DNA of 64,000 nucleotides from an uncultured Clostridia bacterium (lineage in GTDB: Bacteria > Bacillota > Clostridia > TANB77 > CAG-508): NCBI GenBank assembly GCA_934154805.1, contig CAKPGM010000009.1:372-64371 (forward strand), read 5' to 3'. Shown piece by piece: positions 58,460-64,000 of the stretch (the stretch's first letter is position 1; each line of letters begins with the position of its first letter). The notes below the pieces were generated by a model. The model did no database searches, was not told the DNA's origin, and saw only the letters and a program-made list of their open reading frames with translations. Made by a program: the position numbers and the translations under genes.

Positions 58460-59247
58460 ATTTTTATCCGTTCTAAGTATTTATTTTTTACTTCATCAAT
58501 ATTGATATTCTTTCTATCATAGTATTTTTTTATATTAGCGATTTCTTCGCTTATTGCACATAATATAGATAATATGAATCCATTATATCCGCCTTTATAA
58601 TTTTTCTCTTTAAAGTAAAATTTATTAAAATTGCCAATAAAGCATAATAATGGCGATTTGAATTTTTTGTTATTAATTTCTAAATCTATATATCTTGCTC
58701 TCTTTTTCATCCATTGGTCTATGTTATCAAATGAAAAGTGTAACAACGCATACTCTTCTCCTTGAAGCCATAGCTCCTTGGAATCTTTTTTTACTTCTAA
58801 ATAATGGTGTACAATTCCAGTGACTATTATGTTTTGTTTTCTAAATAATCTACAATGATGGCAAGGATAATGCAATCCATATTTTGCCTTTTCTCCAAAG
58901 AAATAATTTATGGTTGGAAAATAGACAACATCGTATTTGTTTTCTTTTACTATGCTATCTATTTTTTCTGCCATTGTTTTCGAAATCATTTCATCTGCAT
59001 CGAACAATAAACACCATTCATTCTTTGCATTTTCTATAATTACACTTCGTGCACTATCAAAGTTCTTACAATATGGTATTTCTAATATTTTTGCTCCATA
59101 TTTCTTAGCTATATTTATAGTATTATCATTGCTATGCATATCTGCTATTAAAATCTCATCACAGTTTTTAAATGATTTAAGTGATTTTAACGCATATTCT
59201 AACTTTTCTTCTTCATTATAAACATTCATTATTACCGAAAACTTCAT
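58456..59247 (-). CDS. Glycosyltransferase family 2-like
   Basis: 263 aa; FSVIMNVYNEE, LLFDADE. Confidence 0.7.
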   Translation of the reverse strand: MKFSVIMNVYNEEEKLEYALKSLKSFKNCDEILIADMHSNDNTINIAKKYGAKILEIPYCKNFDSARSVIIENAKNEWCLLFDADEMISKTMAEKIDSIVKENKYDVVYFPTINYFFGEKAKYGLHYPCHHCRLFRKQNIIVTGIVHHYLEVKKDSKELWLQGEEYALLHFSFDNIDQWMKKRARYIDLEINNKKFKSPLLCFIGNFNKFYFKEKNYKGGYNGFILSILCAISEEIANIKKYYDRKNINIDEVKNKYLERIKI

Positions 59248-60370
59248 TATCTTCTAATACCTCTTTATATAGTTTTGCTACTTTTTTCACAACTCTATCA
59301 GAACTATAATCTTCTATATCAATTGATTGATTATATTGTTCCTGTATGTTTTTATAATTATCTTTAACATATTTTATTTTATCATATATTTCATCTACAC
59401 TATTTACAATAAATCCATTTTTACCTTCAGTTATTAAATCCCTATTTCCTCTACAATTCGTTGCTACTACAATTTTTTTCTTATAGATTGCTTCTAATAT
59501 ATTTAGTGGTAGCCCTTCTTGTCTACTCGCAGAAATCACTATATCAGATGCATCTAAGAATTTATTAATTTGCTTTGTAAATTTTATAGTTTTTATACAT
59601 TTATCTAGCTTTTTCTTTTTGATTTCTTCTTGCACTTTTCCTTTTAGTATATCATCACCAATTAAAAGTACTTTTATATTTTGGTTTCTTATATCTGTTT
59701 TTGCTAGTTCTTTTATTAATTGAATTTGTCTTTTTCTTTTAGAATATTCTGCAATATACGAAACTATAAAATCTCCCTCTTGTAATCCATACTCTTTATT
59801 TAGCTCATCTAATTCACTCTTGGTAGTAGATGTTTGTAGTCTTTCTTTATTAAAGCCTGCACCATTTATATATTTTACATTAACATTCTTAAAGTGTTTC
59901 TTAGCAAAGTTATAATCTTCTGAATTCATTACTAATAAAAAGTCTGTGTATTTCATCAAATACTTTTCTATTGGATAAAATATCATCCAATAATACAATG
60001 GACATCCTTTATAGAAGTGAAAACCATGACAAGTATATATTACCTTCGCTTTTGTTTTAGCAAATTTACAAGCAAGCCTTGTAATTACAGATCCAACTGG
60101 TGTATGTGTGTGTATCAAGTCATAGTCGTTTTTCTTTAGGTTTTCTGTTAGTTTCTTTATTGCCTTAATGTTTTTTATACTAAATGGTTTTCTAGTTATA
60201 TCTAGATTTATCTTTTGGCATCTATTTATTTGCATATCTGTATTTGTAGCAACAGACACATCACAATTGTTATCTTCAAACCATTTTATATATGGCATAT
60301 GGCACAACATAATATGTCTGTCTGTATTAGCAGTTATTAAAATTTTTTTCCTCTTATTTTTCTCGTTCAT
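59216..60370 (-). CDS. Glycosyltransferase family 4 (GT-B)
   Basis: 384 aa; SRQEGLPLNILEAIY motif; first gene after the promoter. Confidence 0.75.
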   Translation of the reverse strand: MNEKNKRKKILITANTDRHIMLCHMPYIKWFEDNNCDVSVATNTDMQINRCQKINLDITRKPFSIKNIKAIKKLTENLKKNDYDLIHTHTPVGSVITRLACKFAKTKAKVIYTCHGFHFYKGCPLYYWMIFYPIEKYLMKYTDFLLVMNSEDYNFAKKHFKNVNVKYINGAGFNKERLQTSTTKSELDELNKEYGLQEGDFIVSYIAEYSKRKRQIQLIKELAKTDIRNQNIKVLLIGDDILKGKVQEEIKKKKLDKCIKTIKFTKQINKFLDASDIVISASRQEGLPLNILEAIYKKKIVVATNCRGNRDLITEGKNGFIVNSVDEIYDKIKYVKDNYKNIQEQYNQSIDIEDYSSDRVVKKVAKLYKEVLEDNEVFGNNECL

Positions 60371-60389
60371 ATTATTTTCCTATATGTAT

Positions 60390-60419
60390 AAAGCAATATA
60401 GTGTTCGCTATATTGCTTT
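60390..60419 (-). promoter_or_regulatory. 12-bp perfect hairpin in the 5' UTR of the glycosyltransferase operon
   Basis: aaagcaatatag / ctatattgcttt with a 6-nt loop, ending 20 nt upstream of the start codon at 60370; no U-run follows on the minus strand. Confidence 0.4.
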
Positions 60420-60495
60420 ATATTACTTTTATATTTATTTGTAATTTTTTATATAGCTCTAACTCAGGATTTCATATCTTCCTTTGCTTATCGCA

Positions 60496-60524
60496 AGTAT
60501 ATCATACCTGTTTTTTAGAGTCAA
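60496..60524 (-). promoter_or_regulatory. Sigma-A type promoter (extended -10) of glycosyltransferase operon
   Basis: Minus strand TTGACT (60524-60519), 17 nt, TATACT (60501-60496) with TG at -15/-14. Confidence 0.55.
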
Positions 60525-60541
60525 TATAACTGGTTTAAAGT

Positions 60542-61852
60542 TTATTTTACTATTAAAGTTGGGCGAGTACCAAGCAGTTTAAATCCATTGCTTGGAGCTC
60601 CTTGTCTGCTCCTACTACAAGCGGCACCTTCTAATCCATTCCATTGGCAATAGCCTCCTCTATATTCCCTATATAAATTTCTACTTGCCTCCTGAGTCCA
60701 CTCTACGCAGTTTCCAGCTAAATCATATATATTATTAGCTTTCCATGCTTCATTCGAACCAGTTTCTTTTAAGATAGCACTATAGGCTTGTGGTGGTTTC
60801 TCATAATTTCCTTCATTAGCAGGAGCAATTGAATCAACATAGTTTCCCCAGCTTCTCGAATCTACTATACTCTTCTTTTCTCCCTTGCTTGCTATAAAAT
60901 TACATACCATATCCCATTGACATCCCCATATCATTTGTGTTTCTACTTTTTCACTAGCATTCAATGTTTCACATTCATTATATAATTCATACCAGTTTTT
61001 ATCTACTAATGTTGATTGATTTTTTTGAACACCTTCTGATGATAATTCATACCTTCCTACATAAAAGCCACCATATTTATTTACACTATCTATCATAGAT
61101 TTATAATTTGCAATAAATGCTTTCGCCATTTCTTCAGAACTTCCAAATCCTAATATTTCATTATAGTATTTTTCTTTCAGGTCAAACTCAGTTATCAAAT
61201 CTGGTTCACGAATACTATTTCTATTTCCCGGTATTCCTCTTGGAGCAGCCTGTAATTCTTCTGACGCATATGGATTTATTGAAGAAGAATCTGTTTCTAT
61301 CTTTATAGGTCTTGAATATAATTTTGTTGTTACTTCGTCTGTTCCATCTAATGTATATTCTATAGAACTTGATGTATCACACATTACTGTTACATTTGGT
61401 ACAGGTACCCATACCCATTCATTACCACCATCGTCCGTTATCACTAATCCTTGGTCTACATCATTTTGCGTTGGAGCTTGTTCTCCATTTCCCCATTTTG
61501 ATGTATCTGTATCTATTGGAGTATATCCTTCTGGAATTATTGGATTATTAGATGTTGCTTTTTTTCCATTTATTGTTCCATTTGCTGTAGCTTTTGTATC
61601 TACTGCTACTTTTATAGGTCTTGGATTTCCTGTAACTTGTTCATCTATCCACTCAGATGTATTTTCTAAATCTTCTTGTTCATTCGCTCTTGACTGTGCA
61701 TATTTATTTTTTGCATCTTTTGACTTGCCAATTATTCCATTATTATCCAATACTAGGCTAATGCTCACTCCTGCTAGTATTAATAATACCACTATAGTAA
61801 CTACTAATGCTATTAAGGTTATACCTTTTTTTTCATTTAAGTTTTTTAACAT
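60542..61852 (-). CDS. Pilin-like N-terminal anchor + FGE/SUMF1-fold domain protein, paralog 1
   Basis: 436 aa; N-terminus KKGITLIALVVTIVVLLILAGV (prepilin-like but Ala at +5); GNEWVWVPVP, GFYVGRYELS, NNIYDLAGNCVEWTQE, RGG; ends GTRPTLIVK. Confidence 0.75.
   Translation of the reverse strand: MLKNLNEKKGITLIALVVTIVVLLILAGVSISLVLDNNGIIGKSKDAKNKYAQSRANEQEDLENTSEWIDEQVTGNPRPIKVAVDTKATANGTINGKKATSNNPIIPEGYTPIDTDTSKWGNGEQAPTQNDVDQGLVITDDGGNEWVWVPVPNVTVMCDTSSSIEYTLDGTDEVTTKLYSRPIKIETDSSSINPYASEELQAAPRGIPGNRNSIREPDLITEFDLKEKYYNEILGFGSSEEMAKAFIANYKSMIDSVNKYGGFYVGRYELSSEGVQKNQSTLVDKNWYELYNECETLNASEKVETQMIWGCQWDMVCNFIASKGEKKSIVDSRSWGNYVDSIAPANEGNYEKPPQAYSAILKETGSNEAWKANNIYDLAGNCVEWTQEASRNLYREYRGGYCQWNGLEGAACSRSRQGAPSNGFKLLGTRPTLIVK
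61689..61798. repeat. 110-nt perfect direct repeat, copy A (5' coding region of paralog 1)
   Basis: Identical by direct comparison to 63090-63199. Confidence 0.9.
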
Positions 61853-61879
61853 TCTCTTTTGCTCCTTTACTTTAATAAT

Positions 61880-63253
61880 TTATTTTGTCTTATTGTTTTT
61901 AATCGATGTGTAGATTATTTTACTATTAGAGTTGGACGAGTACCGTACATATGAACTCGTTTTCCAGTCTGGTGAGGCAAACCAACTATCGCTACGACTA
62001 AATACCGGAGATTCTCCAGTTCCAGAGTTTGCATAATTACCGCCTCTAGCAAGTCTGCTATTGAAACCAATTGCCTCTTGAGTCCATTCAGTGCAATTTC
62101 CCGCCAAATCATAAATATTATTTGCTTTCCAAGCTTCGTTTGACCCCGTATTCTTTTTTATTGCACACCAAGAAGCTAGTTCGTAATTTCCTGTATTTGC
62201 TGGCGACGTTGAATCACGATAGTTTCCCCATGATCTTGAATCTACTACACTTTTTTGTTCTCCCTTAGTTCCTATAAATTTACACGCCATATCCCATTGG
62301 CATCCCCATATCATTTGTGCTTCTGCTTTTTCACTTGCATTTAACTCTTTGCAATGTTTATATAATTCATACCAATCTGTTTCCGTTAGCGTAGCTTTAT
62401 CTTTTTGTACACCTTCAGCAGACAATTCATATCTTCCAATATAGAAACCTCCATATTTTTGTATGCTTTCTAGCATCTCTTTATAGCTTGCCACAAATGC
62501 TTCAGCCATTTGTTCAGAACTTTCAAAACCCAATGTTGTTTTATAGTTTTCTTCTTTTATATCATAAGCATCTCCTCCAGTATATCTTTCTATAACTAGG
62601 TCCGGTTCACGACAACCTCCCGTTGTTCCTGAAATAACTCTTGGCGCTGCATATAACTCATTATCTTTATATGGGTTAATTGACTCAGAATCAGTCACTA
62701 TTTGTATAGGCTTTGAATACAGTTTTGTCGTTACATTTTCTGTTCCATACAATGTATATTCTATGGTATTTGATGTGTCACACATTACCGTTACATCTGG
62801 TACAGGTATCCATACCCATTCATTTCCTTTTTCATCTGATATTACTAGACCGTGGTCTACATCATTTTGAGTTGGAGCAGTACTGCCATCTCCCCATTTT
62901 GATGTATCTGTATCTATTGGAATGTATCCTTTAGGGATAATTGGATTATTAGATGTTGCTTTTCTTCCATTGATTGTTCCGTTATCAGTAGCCTCTGTAT
63001 TCACCGCAACTTTCTTAGGTCTTGGCTCTCCTGTAATCAGTTCATCTATCCAATCAGAAGCATCTTCCAGATCACTTTGTTCATTTTTTCTTGACTGTGC
63101 ATATTTATTTTTTGCATCTTTTGACTTGCCAATTATTCCATTATTATCCAATACTAGGCTAATGCTCACTCCTGCTAGTATTAATAATACCACTATAGTT
63201 ACCACTAGAGCTATTAAGGTTATACCTTTTTCTTCATTTAATTTTTTTAACAT
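61880..63253 (-). CDS. Pilin-like N-terminal anchor + FGE/SUMF1-fold domain protein, paralog 2 (C-terminus in shifted frame)
   Basis: 457 aa; ~75% identical to paralog 1 by eye; the conserved terminal DNA is read as VRYSSNSNSKIIY..., while GTRPTLIVK-stop lies in the +1 frame (61915). Confidence 0.7.
   Translation of the reverse strand: MLKKLNEEKGITLIALVVTIVVLLILAGVSISLVLDNNGIIGKSKDAKNKYAQSRKNEQSDLEDASDWIDELITGEPRPKKVAVNTEATDNGTINGRKATSNNPIIPKGYIPIDTDTSKWGDGSTAPTQNDVDHGLVISDEKGNEWVWIPVPDVTVMCDTSNTIEYTLYGTENVTTKLYSKPIQIVTDSESINPYKDNELYAAPRVISGTTGGCREPDLVIERYTGGDAYDIKEENYKTTLGFESSEQMAEAFVASYKEMLESIQKYGGFYIGRYELSAEGVQKDKATLTETDWYELYKHCKELNASEKAEAQMIWGCQWDMACKFIGTKGEQKSVVDSRSWGNYRDSTSPANTGNYELASWCAIKKNTGSNEAWKANNIYDLAGNCTEWTQEAIGFNSRLARGGNYANSGTGESPVFSRSDSWFASPDWKTSSYVRYSSNSNSKIIYTSIKNNKTK
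63090..63199. repeat. 110-nt perfect direct repeat, copy B (5' coding region of paralog 2)
   Basis: Identical by direct comparison to 61689-61798; the flanking ~200 nt are also near-identical. Confidence 0.9.
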
Positions 63254-63280
63254 TTTCTTTTGCTCCTTTACTTTAATAAT

Positions 63281-64000
63281 TCATTTTCTCTTATTGTTTT
63301 TAATTGATGTGTAAATTATTTTACTATTAGAGTTGGACGAGTACCGTACTCTATTAAATGTGTGATACGTTCTAAATCCAGACCATTTTCCAAAAGCTGA
63401 AGCTCCCACGTCCATATAGTTACCTCCTCTATCAACTCTACTTACTCCTGCTTCTTGAGTCCACTCATTACAATTTCCCGCTAAATCGTATATATTATTT
63501 GCTTTCCATGCTTCATTTGATCCTGTATTCTTTCTTACAGCTGCATAACCATTAGTATCTTTCTCATAATTTCCCGTATCTGCTGGAGATATCGAATCTG
63601 CATAATTTCCCCAAGATCTTGAATCTATAATATCTTTCTTTTCTCCTCTGCTTGCAATAAAATTACAAGCCATATCCCATTGACATCCCCAAATCATACC
63701 TATTTCTACGTTTTCATTTACATTAAGATCTTTACACTTTACGTATAATTCGTACCATTTAATTAAATTCAAAGTTGGTTGATCTTTTTTCACTCCTTCG
63801 GCCGATAGCTCATATCTTCCTATATAAAAACCACCATATTTTTTAATGCTATTTATCATATTCTTATAATCTTGCACAAATGTTTCTGCCATTTCCTCTT
63901 TACTTGAAAAACCCATTATTCCATTATAATATTCTTTTTGAGAGTCATCACCTTCAACATATCCACCTATCACATCTGGTTCGCGATTTCCTCTTATGTT
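63281..64000 (-). CDS. Pilin-like/FGE-fold protein, paralog 3 (5' part beyond window end)
   Basis: Frame stays open to position 64000 (IRGNREPDVIGGYVEG aligns with paralogs 1 and 2); same shifted C-terminus as paralog 2. Confidence 0.7.
   Translation of the reverse strand, partial: NIRGNREPDVIGGYVEGDDSQKEYYNGIMGFSSKEEMAETFVQDYKNMINSIKKYGGFYIGRYELSAEGVKKDQPTLNLIKWYELYVKCKDLNVNENVEIGMIWGCQWDMACNFIASRGEKKDIIDSRSWGNYADSISPADTGNYEKDTNGYAAVRKNTGSNEAWKANNIYDLAGNCNEWTQEAGVSRVDRGGNYMDVGASAFGKWSGFRTYHTFNRVRYSSNSNSKIIYTSIKNNKRK

Noticed and set aside
61825-61832. A8/T8 homopolymer in the 5' coding region of paralog 1 (and T7-T8 runs in the ABC/GT genes) as phase-variation switches.
   Set aside because: Runs of this length are common background in DNA this AT-rich, and the tract is interrupted in paralog 2. 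There is no evidence of slippage.
61915-62112. 65-aa ORF in an alternative frame at the 3' end of paralog 2.
   Set aside because: Only its last ~11 codons (GTRPTLIVK) are meaningful, being homologous to the paralog 1 C-terminus. I interpret it as a frame relic and not an independent gene (see the junction finding).

Overview
Very AT-rich chromosomal segment of a spore-forming, Clostridia-like Firmicute (alpha/beta SASP, yqfC/yqfD, pdaA, ctsR-mcsA-mcsB-clpC and gatCAB are present). There are about 65 protein genes, nearly all on the minus strand and mostly housekeeping: ctsR-mcsA-mcsB-clpC, plsX, hslO, eno, hpf, rpsT, gatC-(P-loop kinase)-gatA-gatB, mreB, lexA, obg, trpS, rplU-rpmA, RNase G, pth, era-yqzL-recO, ybeY-dgkA, yqfC-yqfD. 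I recognised no rRNA, tRNA, CRISPR array, transposase or integrase. Unusual content: (1) At 22.97-24.19 kb, a ~0.5-kb GC-enriched structured non-coding RNA with its own promoter lies directly upstream of a 4-TM DxxxD membrane protein. This is best explained as an OLE RNA / OapA pair. (2) At 47.8-64 kb there is a 16-kb surface-glycan region. It holds nine glycosyltransferases, a radical SAM enzyme, an MsbA/PglK-like ABC exporter and an 815-aa Wzy_C-family (O-antigen ligase / O-oligosaccharyltransferase family) protein. Upstream of these is a tandem array of at least three ~1.4-kb paralogous genes for proteins with a pilin-like N-terminal anchor and an FGE/SUMF1-fold domain. The array junctions are homogenised, including a 110-nt perfect repeat, and the conserved 3' end is read in two different frames. 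(3) At 13.4-17.2 kb a small island carries a HEPN/nucleotidyltransferase pair, a thioester-domain/CnaB adhesin whose LPRTG motif sits at the extreme C-terminus, and a sortase. (4) Smaller oddities: a P-loop kinase inside gatCAB, L27 without propeptide or Prp, DgkA fused to a degenerate PAP2 domain, and a Cys-cluster TrpRS without a leader. All functional calls rest on motif recognition by eye; no database search was possible.
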